Shown here piece by piece: positions 39,114 to 51,500 of a stretch of DNA of 64,000 bases. This DNA is from an uncultured Acidobacteriota bacterium (GTDB lineage: Bacteria; Acidobacteriota; Polarisedimenticolia; J045). The translations under genes were made by a program, and so were the position numbers. Below the pieces are notes generated by a model that saw nothing but the letters and a program-made list of their open reading frames with translations, ran no database searches and was not told the origin of the DNA. The DNA lies in assembly GCA_963702425.1 (NCBI GenBank), contig CAVPCQ010000035.1, forward strand, positions 1 to 64,000, in the 5' to 3' direction. How positions within the stretch are numbered: the stretch's first letter is position 1; the number at the start of each line of letters is the position of its first letter.

Positions 39114-42100
39114 TCATGGCCCCTCCTGGTGACACGAGTTGATGGCGCGCACCTCGAAGAACGTCACCGCCGGCGTAGTGTGCGCGCCGTTCTCGATGCT
39201 GAACGTCGTCGCGGTTGTCGTCGTGCCGATCAGGTCCACCGCGCGGAAGGTCTTGTCGACGGACTGGAGCACGTGGTAGCCCGCACCGGCGACCGGTGTC
39301 CAGGAGAGGACGAGGTCGAGGTCGGGGCCGGCCGGGACGACGGTGACGCTGAGGTTGGGCGCTGCGGTCGGGGCAGGCTCGGCGCAGGCCTGCGGCGTGC
39401 AGCCGAGCCCCCCCGCGATGGTCGCGTGCAGCGTGCGGGCGTTGATGGAACCGCTGACGATCGAGCCCGAAGGGTCCACGTCCTGGACCGACAGCGTCCA
39501 GACCCCGGCCAGCGGCTCGCCGACGAAGTCGGTCATGCTGCCGGGACCGGAGGGCACCGTGTCGCGATCGTAGCGGGTCTGGATGTTGCGGCCGCCAGGG
39601 ACGGGGCCGCGATCGTGCAGCCGGACCCGCGTGCCCCGCGGCGAGATCAGCTCGACGACGAGCTGTGTCGGGTCCTGGTGGGTGATGTCGACCGACACGT
39701 CGAGCTCGGCGACGGTGTCGTCGTCCCCGCTGGTCCAGAACACCTCGACCGGCGTCGGCGTCTCGTACGGGATCGGCTCGCGGAAGGTCTCCGTGTAGTC
39801 GATGTAGGGGTTACCCATCGGGATCCGGATCTCGTCCGAAAACGGCGCGGAATTCTCCGCGTCCCCGGTCAGCGCGAGCGTCAGCACCTCGCCACAGCGC
39901 GCCTGCTCGAGCACCACGATCCCGAAGTGCGGCGCGTTGGTCTCCCCCGTCGTGCCCGGCGCGATCGCGGGCCAGGTAGCCTGTGGCTGCAAGATCCGCA
40001 CGTCGGCGGGGCCGACGAGGCGCAGCGTGCCGCTGGCGTTGGCGCTGGGATCGCCCCCGTTGTTGAGCAACGTCACCGCCAGATCGAGCGTCTCTCCCGG
40101 CTCCGGCACGCCGTCGCCGTCCCCGTCGATGACGCGGTGTGCGACCTCGTCGAGCCGGCTTCCCGGCGGCGCCACGATGCAGTTGGACAGGGGGCCGGCA
40201 CAGGCTCGGTTCGTGCCGAACGCCTGGACCCGGTACGAGCGGCTCGCCAGGGAATCCCGGCTGTTGTCGGTGTAGGTCGTCTGCCCCGACCCAAGCTTTG
40301 CGAGCGGGACCTGCTGGCGGTTGCAGCCGAGCTCGCCGCGGAAGATGCGGTACTCGACGGCGTTGGCGACCGCGGCCCAGTTCAGCTCGACCCCGGCCGG
40401 CGTCATGGTCCTCGCCACGACCGGCGCCGCGAGCGGTGGACAACTCGACGTGCTCTTGTTCGTCGCGTCGGCTGCCGCGCCACAGGCGAGATTGTGCCGG
40501 TTGAACGCCGCGAACAGCGCCGCCGCGTGCGGCGTGCCGTTGGCCAGGTTGCCATTGTCGTCGTCCGCGACGCGCATCCGCTGGTACCAGCTCGTCGAGC
40601 CGCACGAGTTCGACGATGGGACGCACGTGTAGGCCTCGCCGCCCGATCCGGGCCGCGTCTGGTACCACAGGCGCTCCACGACCTGCCACGCGCTGTCCTG
40701 GTCCATCCCCGACGCCGGCAAGTCACGCGTCGCGAGGTCGAACATCGCTTCGCTCACGACGTAGGATTCGCAGTGGGGCTCGCGCCGGCACGGGCCGCCC
40801 CAGGCGGAATAGTCCGTTTCGCAGCGAACGCTCGCGAAGTTCGTCGGCGTGGCCGGAGTCTTCGACGCCCGCGCATTCCAGTCCATGTCGCGAATCCCGG
40901 TGCAGTTCAGGCAGGTGTCCCCGTAGCCTCCTTGGGGGCCGCACATGGTCCCGTCTTTGTAGAGTCCGCGCCCGACGCACGAGTCGTGGGTCGTGAGGAT
41001 CGCCACGATGTCGGAGTAGGCCTCTGACGGGCGGTCCGCCCCGCCGCCGTCGTTGTCGTCGTAACCGTGTCCCCACTCGTGGACGAGGACGCCTGCGTTC
41101 TCCCCCGAGTTCCTGCACTTCTTGCCGTCCCCGTTCATGTTGATGCTGGTCATGTTCCAGTTCGCGTTGCAGTCACCCGTCGTGAGATTGACGTTGACCG
41201 TGAGCGGGTTTCTCAACCAACTGTTGCTCGCGTTGTAGAAGCGGGCGATCTCGGCGATGCGGTTGATGTGGTAGTAGGAGCTCCGGGCGGCCGCGGTGTT
41301 CCCGGCCGACGCACCCGGAGCGACCGCGCAGTTCTCGCCATACTTGAGCCCGAGCTCGACGCCCTCACTGCAGGTCCCGGACTCCGCCATGGCGCCGCAC
41401 GCGTCGACGATGCGGACGTAGCTCCCGGCGAGGTTCGTCACAACGGCCGCGCCCGGATCGGTGCACACGAGATTGCCGAACGTGTCGGCGAACCTCTCCG
41501 CCTGCCCCGTCTCGGTGTAGTCCACGAACGGCACCGGCATCCACGGCAGCTCACAGCCGCCGGCCACGCAGTCACCGTCCGGCGAAACCGGGAACGCGCC
41601 GCCCCGGACCGTGCCGTACCGGGTTCCCTCGTAGAACGCCCGGACCGTACCGTCGTGCGCGTCCACCTCGCCGACCCAGCGGACCGGCGCGTCGGCTTCG
41701 TCGAGCAGGAAGCGCCAGACGAGGAGGTGCGAGAGGCCCGCGCCGCGGGCGCCCGACCAGGGCCGCGGCTCGCCCTCGCCCGCCTCACCGTCCGCGGCGA
41801 CGGCGATCAGCGTCAGCTCCGGTGCGGCGGCGAGCTGCAGCCCGGCCGCGTCCGCGCCGATGTACTCACGGAGGAAATCGCCCGCGACCTCCGCCCCGAC
41901 GGCCGGGATGCCGCTCTTGCCAAGCCGGCCCCAGAAGTGCGCGCCGAACAGGACCATCCGCCCGCGCACCACGTGCAGGTCGAGCCGCGCATTCTCGACG
42001 CGCACGCCATTCACGTTCTGGCGGAAGACGAGCTGCCACTGCCCTTCCCGAACGAGCAGGCTGGCGGCGCGGTCGAGTTCGAGAATCCCGGACCAGTCCC

Positions 42101-42488
42101 CGAGCAGCGCCGCGTTCTCCTGCAGGAACGCGCGGGCGAGCGCCTCGATCTCATCGAGCGTCGCCGCGGCGGCCGCCTCATCGGACAGCCACGTGATTCC
42201 GCGCCCCGACACGAGCGTCGGCAGGCCGGTGCGCTCGTCGAGGTACACGGACCAGGCACCGGATCCGCCATGGCGAGCCCGGAAGGTCTCCCAGCCCCTG
42301 CGCAGCGGGTCGGTCGCAGCGAGGCTTTCCACGGGACGCGGGTCGACGGAGATCGCGCCGCCCTCGCGCCCCCTGAATCGTCCGTCGAACCGTGACGGCG
42401 GATGCTCGGTAGACACTGCGTGCACCGCCGCTATCGTCGACAACAGGACCGCCGCCGCGGCAGGCGCCACCCGAAACTGCAAGCGCAT
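39114..42488 (-). CDS. Large secreted M4/M36-like zinc metallopeptidase with propeptide, FN3-like and proprotein-convertase P domains
   Basis: Signal peptide; FRQNVNGVRV and EVDAHDG propeptide motifs; HEWGH...SEAYSD; P-domain DITH...ELISPRGTRVRL...GVWTLSVQD. Confidence 0.82.
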   Translation of the reverse strand: MRLQFRVAPAAAAVLLSTIAAVHAVSTEHPPSRFDGRFRGREGGAISVDPRPVESLAATDPLRRGWETFRARHGGSGAWSVYLDERTGLPTLVSGRGITWLSDEAAAAATLDEIEALARAFLQENAALLGDWSGILELDRAASLLVREGQWQLVFRQNVNGVRVENARLDLHVVRGRMVLFGAHFWGRLGKSGIPAVGAEVAGDFLREYIGADAAGLQLAAAPELTLIAVAADGEAGEGEPRPWSGARGAGLSHLLVWRFLLDEADAPVRWVGEVDAHDGTVRAFYEGTRYGTVRGGAFPVSPDGDCVAGGCELPWMPVPFVDYTETGQAERFADTFGNLVCTDPGAAVVTNLAGSYVRIVDACGAMAESGTCSEGVELGLKYGENCAVAPGASAGNTAAARSSYYHINRIAEIARFYNASNSWLRNPLTVNVNLTTGDCNANWNMTSINMNGDGKKCRNSGENAGVLVHEWGHGYDDNDGGGADRPSEAYSDIVAILTTHDSCVGRGLYKDGTMCGPQGGYGDTCLNCTGIRDMDWNARASKTPATPTNFASVRCETDYSAWGGPCRREPHCESYVVSEAMFDLATRDLPASGMDQDSAWQVVERLWYQTRPGSGGEAYTCVPSSNSCGSTSWYQRMRVADDDNGNLANGTPHAAALFAAFNRHNLACGAAADATNKSTSSCPPLAAPVVARTMTPAGVELNWAAVANAVEYRIFRGELGCNRQQVPLAKLGSGQTTYTDNSRDSLASRSYRVQAFGTNRACAGPLSNCIVAPPGSRLDEVAHRVIDGDGDGVPEPGETLDLAVTLLNNGGDPSANASGTLRLVGPADVRILQPQATWPAIAPGTTGETNAPHFGIVVLEQARCGEVLTLALTGDAENSAPFSDEIRIPMGNPYIDYTETFREPIPYETPTPVEVFWTSGDDDTVAELDVSVDITHQDPTQLVVELISPRGTRVRLHDRGPVPGGRNIQTRYDRDTVPSGPGSMTDFVGEPLAGVWTLSVQDVDPSGSIVSGSINARTLHATIAGGLGCTPQACAEPAPTAAPNLSVTVVPAGPDLDLVLSWTPVAGAGYHVLQSVDKTFRAVDLIGTTTTATTFSIENGAHTTPAVTFFEVRAINSCHQEGP

Positions 42489-42918
42489 ACGCCTTTCTCC
42501 CTCGGCGGGGCGGGCCAGACCCCGCGCTGCGCTACTTTGACATGCCGGCGAGGGTATGTCTCCCAGGCTGCGCTTCCCGCCGGGTCGGAAAATGCAGCAG
42601 TTCCTGGCCCGGGAGGACGGAGCCATGGATCTTGTCGGCGTGCTTGTCGAGAAAGGCGTCCATAGTCCAAGCGCACCACCGAACAGGGTCCGAGGGCAAG
42701 GGCCCTTACCGGATCGCGATGGTCAGCGACTTGGTTGCGGCCGGAGCGCCGCGGCAGGTGGTATTGGCCGGGTTTCGCTACGGGCTCAGGGTAGCACCGG
42801 CGAGTAGGGACGGCCCTCCGGCGCTGACCTGCACCTGGTGTGTTGGTGGTGGAAGCCCTTACCAACCGTCGACGACGCGCTCGTGAACGCCAGAGTGCTC
42901 AAAGACGACACCGTCCCC

Positions 42919-43515
42919 TCAGCGCGGGAGCCGCGCACCGTTGAGCGGCGGCAGCTCGGAGCTTACCCCGTTCTGAATCAGAACGCGCTGCTCCGGCCGG
43001 ATGTGCAGGGTGCGGCCGTCGATGCCGTCGAACACGAAGGTATCGAGAATCCTCTCCGGACCATCCAGCGCGACGTCCTGTTCGCATTCCAACTGCAGGC
43101 CGGACCGCAGTACCTTGTCGTTCTCGAAGAAGAAGCGTCGCGCCGCATCCATGTCGTCCCCATCGAGGGAAACGCTGCGAGAACGCTCGGGAAGGACGCG
43201 GTCCAGTTCAGTCCGAGGCACCGCCACGATCGTCGCCCGGAAAGAGACTTTGTATCCCTCGCAGGGGAAGGGGTCGGAGCCGATCCTCGTGACGACAAAC
43301 TGAATCGGGGTGTCGTTGACGAAGTAGAGATCGTATCCGCTGACTTTCCCGACGCGCCTCACCTTGAGAGCGTGCGAAACAAGCTTCCGATCAGGACGCA
43401 TTGTGTCAGCCCGCCAGGCCGACGGGCTGGCGAGGAGAACGAGCGAGGTCATGGCCAGCACGCCGAGAAGTCGGAGAATGAGTCGGGAGTGAGCTGTTTG
43501 AAAGGAATGTGCCAT
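42919..43515 (-). CDS. Hypothetical exported protein with lower GC
   Basis: N-terminal hydrophobic stretch ending SAWRA; no recognised motif. Confidence 0.5.
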   Translation of the reverse strand: MAHSFQTAHSRLILRLLGVLAMTSLVLLASPSAWRADTMRPDRKLVSHALKVRRVGKVSGYDLYFVNDTPIQFVVTRIGSDPFPCEGYKVSFRATIVAVPRTELDRVLPERSRSVSLDGDDMDAARRFFFENDKVLRSGLQLECEQDVALDGPERILDTFVFDGIDGRTLHIRPEQRVLIQNGVSSELPPLNGARLPR

Positions 43516-43728
43516 CGGGCGGCCCTCCTCCCCGCGACAGCGGCCCCGAACGGGGAGACTCGCTGCGTCGCTGCATTGGACCAGGCCAATCCACGTTCAA
43601 CTGGACACGAATTCACGCTACACCCCCCGCTCGAGGGACCACAACCGCAGCGTCCGCCGGACCGATGGCCCCTGGTCCTGAATGGCCTCTCTCCGCGCTT
43701 CCAAGTCCTGCCCCAGCAGAGACTTGTC

Positions 43729-45087
43729 ATGCACCGCGCATCGGTCGAGGCTGGGACCTTCCAGAAGGCTTCCCCGGCGTCGGGCGACCGCGGTTTCGAG
43801 TTCCGGCTTCCTCACCGCTGGCCTCGGCGGGCCCGCGCCGCGATCGTCCACGCCCTCTCCCTCGCCCGGGTCGCACTGACCGCGGCTGGGGCTCGCACTG
43901 GGGATTCAACCCGACTGCAGCGCGAGGTTGCCCTGCTCCGCGATGAGCTCAGCATCAAGGACACCCGCTTGGAGCGGGCGCCACCGCATCGCCGCTCGCA
44001 CTACCCCGCGGTGGAGCACCTCGCGATTCTCGAGCTTCGCGCGGCACGCGGCCGGTCGGCGGCTCAGTCGGCCGAACCGCTCCTCGGCAGCGAGGCCACG
44101 GTCGTCTCCTGGATGGCGCGCCTCGACGAAGAGGGGCCTCCCGCGCTAGCCTCAATGTGACATTCCGCTTCGGCCAGAACCGCTGCGCTCGCGTGATAGC
44201 GCGCCATCTGCGGTGTCTGCGGGGGTTTGCAAGGCTTCACCTACCGTGACGGTAAGCCTCGCCTTCCAAACCCCCGCAAACACCACATCTGACGCACTCT
44301 GACGCGTTCTGGCTCGAACCGGGATGTCACATTGAGGCTAGTCCGGACTCCCGAGCCAGTCAACAAGTTCCCGGACCTGGTCGCGTCCCAACCACGTCTG
44401 ACTGGTCGACCTGACCACCGTGCCGACGTGCGCCGGTTTCTGGGTCTCGTGGCTGCCCTGGTCCGTCCCGCAGCGCCGGCCCTTCTGCTGCTGGGTTGCC
44501 GTCGGCGTGGACCACTCATCGCGGCGCATCATGGGGGTGCCGGCATTCCGGGGCCGGCCTTCCGCGATGACGATGCAGGCCTTCCTCGCCGGCATGATCC
44601 GAGCTGCCGGCGAGCGGCCCGCGAACCTGATCACGGACCGCGGCAAGCAGTTCACGGCGCGATCGTTTCGGCGCCGGCGCCGCCGCACCGGGATCCGCCA
44701 GCGCTTCGGCGCGATCGGGAAGCACGGCAGCATCGCGCTCGTCGAGCGCTGCATCCGCACGCTCAAGGACGAAGGTGTGCGGCGCTGGCTTGCGCCCGTC
44801 CGATGGCGCACCGTCGGTAGGGAGCTGTCGTTCTTCGCTGACTGGTAGATCGGTCAGCGCCCGCATGATGGACTCGGAGGCGCGCCCCCCGACGAGGTCT
44901 ACCTCGGACGGCACCTCGCCCACCGTCGCCCGCGCTTCGAGCCCCGCGCGCGATGGCCACGTGATCCCGCCTGTGCGCGACCGCAGGCACCGGCCCCCGG
45001 GCGGCCGGGAGTGTGGCTCGCGCTCGACCTCCGGTACCTGGAAGGACGAGCGCACCTTCCCATCGGCACGTTGAAACGCGCAGCGTC
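43729..45087 (+). pseudogene. Degraded DDE/rve-type transposase (IS3/IS481-like core)
   Basis: LAILELRAARG...SWMARLDE HTH region; PNHV*LVDLT, VDHSSRRI, ITDRGKQF, VERCIRTLKDE; nonsense codons, an internal deletion and a MITE insertion. Confidence 0.8.
44150..44337. mobile_element. 188-bp MITE with CTAG target duplication
   Basis: Terminal inverted repeats CCTCAATGTGACAT.CCG.TTCG..CCAGAAC; CTAG at 44146-44149 and 44338-44341; removal restores the reading ...GPPAL-VRTPEPVNKFPD. Confidence 0.9.
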
Positions 45088-45320
45088 AGGAGGCCTGCGC
45101 CGCCCCGCGTCGCGACCGTGACCCGCGTGTGCCTTCCGGCACCCTGGTATGACACTCGACGAGCAGTTACCGCGGCTCGACCGTCGTGCGGCGAAGCGCC
45201 TGGCCGCCAGCAGTACTCCGCGGCCGTGAATTCGACCCCGAAATCGCCCACTCGCCGCGATCCAAGATCCCTGGCGCCGGACACCACCGACGGACCCGGG
45301 CGGGAAGCGCTGAAGAGGAA

Positions 45321-46919
45321 CTACGGACAGGCTCGGGCGACGATGACCGAGCCGCCGCTGTCGAACCCCGCGGGCCCGGCGTCGCAGGCGTTCTCCGCCC
45401 GCGCCAGGTACGAGAACAGCCCGCCGGCAGACGGCGCCGGGACCATGTAGGCGTTGTTGAACGGACCGTTGCGATCGATCGACGTCGCCTCGCAGACGGC
45501 GGAACCGGCGAAGTCCGGGGGATCGGCGCTCCGCACGACGTCGTAGACCAGATCGGTGACGAGCGCACCCGGCGCGTCCGGCTGGAACCAGTCGAGGAGG
45601 TTCGTCGTCGACCAGCAGGTGAGCGCCCCACTCTGTGGGTTGTAGCTGACGGTGAGGCAGGTCGGGTCGCCGTAGAAGATCGCGCGGCCGGTCTCGCCGG
45701 GCGCGGCCCACAGGCGCGCGTTCGACGGCGCGCAGTCGCACGCGTCGCCCGCGCCGTCTCCGTCGGCGTCGCGCTGCGCCGGATCGGGCGTCGAAGGACA
45801 GCGGTCCGCCGCGTCGCAGACGCCGTCGCCGTCCGCGTCGGCCACTCCAGCGGTCATCCGCTCGCGCACGATCGTCTCGATCTGGAACGCGACGTGACGC
45901 CCGCCGCCTGACGCCGCACCATCCGGGTCGTTCTGCATCACGATCCCCGCGATGCCCGTGTCGACGTCGTACCACGGGTGGAAGCCGAACTTGCCGGGAT
46001 CGCTCAGCACGTGAGCGTGCTGGGAGCTGTCCGGGCGGAAGCGCCAGATCCCGAGCCCGTAACGGACGTCGGGCTGGGCCGCGGAGTAGTAGACGGGAGC
46101 CCCGAACGTCTGGTCGCGCGTCATCGCGTCGACAGCGTCCGGCGAGAGCACGCGCACGCCGTCGACCTCGCCGCGGTTCACGATCATCCGCCAGAACGTG
46201 ACGTAGTCCGACAGGCGGCTGAGGAGTCCGCCGGCGATCCGCGGGTTGGTGGCGCTGCTGTAGAACATGCCGAGGCCCAGCGGGTTCTTCAGCCGTTCGG
46301 TGAAGATGCGCCGCCAGACCTCCCCGGAACCGAGACCGGCGCACTTCGCCGGGAAGCGGTTGCAGAACGCGATCTCCGCGATCCGGCCCGCGACGTGCAT
46401 CGAGTTGCCGCCGTAGTAGAACGTCGCACCCGGCGGAGAGACCCGCGGCGCGTGGTCGAGGATGTCCAGCGCGCACGCGGAGAGCGTCGTCGACCCGTCC
46501 GCGATGCAGGGCCATTCGTCGTTGTAGAGGCCCGTCGTCTGGCTGAACGCCTGCCGCAAGGTGATCGCCCCGTTCGGCGTGCCCGCGTACTGCGGCAGGT
46601 ACGCCGCTACGGCGTCGTCGAGGGAAAGCGTCCCGTCGTCTACGAGGCTCATGATCACCGCCGCCCCGACCGCCTTCGACGCCGAGGCCAGCGGCACGAA
46701 CGTCGCCTCGGTGTAGGTCCCGAAGAAGCGGCGGTGGAGGTTCGTCCCGGCCCCGTCGAAAACCACGACCGCGGCACCGGGGAGCGTGCGGTCCTGGCGG
46801 TGCAGCTCCAGGACGGCATCGACCTGGGTGAAGTCGGGAGCGCACGCCGCCGAAGCGGGCAGAACGGCGGCGGAGATCAGCGCAAGGACCGTGGCGATCG
46901 TGCGGGCGGCAGGTGGCAT
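45321..46919 (-). CDS. Secreted serine hydrolase (class C beta-lactamase family) with TSP3-like Ca-binding repeats and a Cys-containing C-terminal domain
   Basis: ASASK (SxxK), FYYGGN, RYGLG; DADGDGVCDAADRCP...QRDADGDGAGDACDC; ends YLARAENACDAG...ARACP. Confidence 0.85.
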   Translation of the reverse strand: MPPAARTIATVLALISAAVLPASAACAPDFTQVDAVLELHRQDRTLPGAAVVVFDGAGTNLHRRFFGTYTEATFVPLASASKAVGAAVIMSLVDDGTLSLDDAVAAYLPQYAGTPNGAITLRQAFSQTTGLYNDEWPCIADGSTTLSACALDILDHAPRVSPPGATFYYGGNSMHVAGRIAEIAFCNRFPAKCAGLGSGEVWRRIFTERLKNPLGLGMFYSSATNPRIAGGLLSRLSDYVTFWRMIVNRGEVDGVRVLSPDAVDAMTRDQTFGAPVYYSAAQPDVRYGLGIWRFRPDSSQHAHVLSDPGKFGFHPWYDVDTGIAGIVMQNDPDGAASGGGRHVAFQIETIVRERMTAGVADADGDGVCDAADRCPSTPDPAQRDADGDGAGDACDCAPSNARLWAAPGETGRAIFYGDPTCLTVSYNPQSGALTCWSTTNLLDWFQPDAPGALVTDLVYDVVRSADPPDFAGSAVCEATSIDRNGPFNNAYMVPAPSAGGLFSYLARAENACDAGPAGFDSGGSVIVARACP

Positions 46920-47090
46920 GAGACCTCTCCCGGACAGTGTCGGTCGTCGTCCGGCACGTTCGCCAGCGCGCCGACTCCCTCGGCTTGAAGGACGGGGATC
47001 CGGGGTGCCGCGTTGACAGCCGTCGGCGCTCACCCGGATCGGGGTGGCGTCCCGGCCAATCCCCCGCCTCTCCTCGGACCGCATGGCCGG

Positions 47091-48569
<1,479 letters not shown>

Positions 48570-48575
48570 TCGGGG

Positions 48576-51500
48576 CTACGCCGGAACCGTCCGTTCGTCC
48601 GCCGCCGCGATGCGGCGCAGATAGGCCCGCAGCTCGCGCGACTGGACCGGTTTGGCGAGGTGGCCGTCCATTCCGGCGGCGAGGCACTCTTCCCGGTCCT
48701 GCGGCAGGGCGCGCGCGGTCATCGCGACGATCGGAACGTGCCCGCCGCGGGTCTTCTCCAGCGCGCGGATCGCGCGGGTCGCCGCCAGCCCGTCCATCTC
48801 CGGCATCTGGACGTCCATCAGCACCGCGTCGAACCGGCCACACTGGAAGGCCTCGACCGCCTCCTGCCCGTTGGCCACGACGGTGGCACGATGCCCGGCT
48901 TTCTCCAGAACCCGCGTCACCAGGCGCTGGTTCACCGGGTGGTCCTCGGCGACCAGTACCGCGAGCGACCGCGCCGCGATGCCGGTCAGCGCCGTCTCGT
49001 CCGGCCCAGGCTCGCTCACCGGCGACGAGACCCCCATCGCCTCGATCAGCGCACGCCACAGCTCCGCGCCCGCCACCGGTTTGGTGACGAGCGCGCTCCG
49101 TCCGGACTCGGTCTCCGGCATCCCGCCGCTGTGGGGCCCGAGGACGGCGAGGTGGACGGTGCACACGTCCGAGAACCGCGCGTCTTCGGCGATCTCCCTG
49201 GCGAAGGCGAACCCCGGTTCGTCGCCGAGCCGCTCGTCGACCAGGGCCAGCAGGTAGGGGTCCTGCTCGTCGAGGGCCCGCAGCAGCACGGCCCGTGCAT
49301 CCGCCGAGCCGTTGGCGCCGGCCGCACGCAGCCCCCACTCGATGAGCTGCGCGACGAGGTGGGAGCGCGCCGTGGCGTTGTCGTCGACGACGAGCGCCCG
49401 CACCCCGGAGAGGGACGCCAGGTCTCGGCCGGCATCCGGCTCGCCGGCCGGGCTGGCGACGCCGAAGCGCACGGTCAGCTCGAACGTGCTCCCGCGCCCC
49501 GGCTCGCTCCGGACTTCGAGGTCGCCACCCATCAGCTCGGCCATGCGGCGCGAGATCGTCAGTCCGAGGCCGGTCCCGCCGTAGCTCCGTGTGTGCGATC
49601 CGTCGACCTGTCGGAACGGCTCGAAGATCAGGTCCAGCTTCTCGCGTGGGATTCCGATCCCGGTGTCGCGCACCGTGCAGGCGACCAGGACTTCCGTCGC
49701 GCTCCGCTCGCGCGCGACAACCTCGATCGCGACCTCGCCCCGCGGGGTGAACTTGACGGCGTTGCCGATCAGGTTGACCAGCACCTGGCGGAAGCGTCCC
49801 TCGTCTCCGATCAGCCGGTCCGGGACCTCGGGTGCGACGCGGAAGGCGAGCTCGAGGTCCTTCTCGAAGGCGTGGCAGGCCAGCCCTTTGATCGCCTCGC
49901 CGAGCCGCTCGCGCAGCGGGAATTCCTCGTGCTGCAGCTGCAGCTTGCCGGCATCCACCTTGGACAGGTCGAGAATGTCGTTGAGCAGCCGCAGCAGGGA
50001 GTGAGCCGAGAGCTTCACCAGGCCGAGGTACTCGCGCTGCTCGGGCGACAGCTCGGTGCCGAGCGCCAGCTCGGTCATCCCGATGATCCCGTTCATCGGG
50101 GTGCGGATCTCGTGGCTCATCGTGGCCAGGAACTCGCTCTTGGCGCGGTTCGCCGCCTCGGCCTGGTCGCGGGCCGACGCCAGCTCGACGTTCGCCGCCG
50201 CGAGCTGGTCGGCCTGCTGCCGCAACTCGGCGGTGCGCACCGCGACCCGTTCCTCCAGCGCGCGGTTCTGGCGGTTCAGCTTGAAGATGCGGGCCAGGTA
50301 GATCCCAGAGAAGGCCGCCACCGAGAGGGTGCCGGCCAGCAGGTAGAAGGCCCAGGTCTCGTGGAACAGCGGCGGGACCGTGATCGCCTGCGCCGCGCCG
50401 GCCTCGCTCCAGCGTCCCGCCGCGTTGCTGGCCACGACGCGGAAGGTGTAGGCGCCGGGCGGGAGATTGGTGTAGAAGGCGGTCCGGCGGTCGCCGGCGT
50501 CGACCCACTCCTCGTCGTAGCCCTCGAGAATGTAGCGGTAGCGGACCCTCTCGGGGGCCTTCAGCGAGATCCCGACGTAGCCGATCTCGAGGTCGCGCAC
50601 GCCGGATGGCAGCGGCGCCACGACGGCGAACGGCTGCACCTCGTGCCCGGCCTCGATCCGTTCGATCAGGACCTGCGGCGGCACGCCGTCGCCGAAGTCG
50701 CGCGCCGGATCGGTGACGACGATCCCCTTGACCGTCGGGAACCAGATCCGGCCGTCGGCACTGCGCGTGGCGGCGGGCTGGTAGGCGCCGTTGCACTCCG
50801 CGCTGCGCATCCCATCGGCGGTGCCGAAGACCCGGCCCGCCGCGCTCGGCACCTGGCCGGAGACGAGGCCGTCGAACTCGCGCTTCGGCATCCGGCACAC
50901 GCCCCGGTTGGAGGCGAGCCACAGCGCCCCGCGCCGGTCGTCGACGATCGAAAACACGATGTCGTCGAAGAGCCCCGTCCCGGCGTCGGCGTGCTCGAGC
51001 TTCCCGCCGCGCATCCGGGCCAGGCCGCCGCCGTCGGTGCCGATCCAGAGCGTCCCGTCCAGCTCCGCGTACAGCGCCAGGACGCGGACCGACGGCAGCC
51101 CCTCGCGCAGCGACCAGGACCGCTCCTTGCCTTCCTTCTGCTCGATCAGCCCCTGCCCGTCGGTCCCGATCCAGAGCGTGCCGTCCGGGGTCTCGGCCAG
51201 CGCGCGCACGGTGCGGCCCGGCGCCGCCGCTGCAGCGCACTCGAAGAAGCGGCCGCCGTCCTGGCACTGCAGGCCATCGCCGTCGTCGAAGCCGATCCAC
51301 AGCCCGCCCGCCGCGCGCGGGACGATCGTCTTGACGTGCCGCGCGCGAAGACCGTCGGCCGGCGTGAAGATACGGACCTTCCCCGATCGATCGATGCGCG
51401 CCAGCCCCGCGGAGGAAAGCCCCGCCCAGATCGCCCCGTCGGCGTCCTCGGCGATCGCGCCGACGATCGCGCCGTCGGCTCCGCCCGCCCCGGGCAGCTC

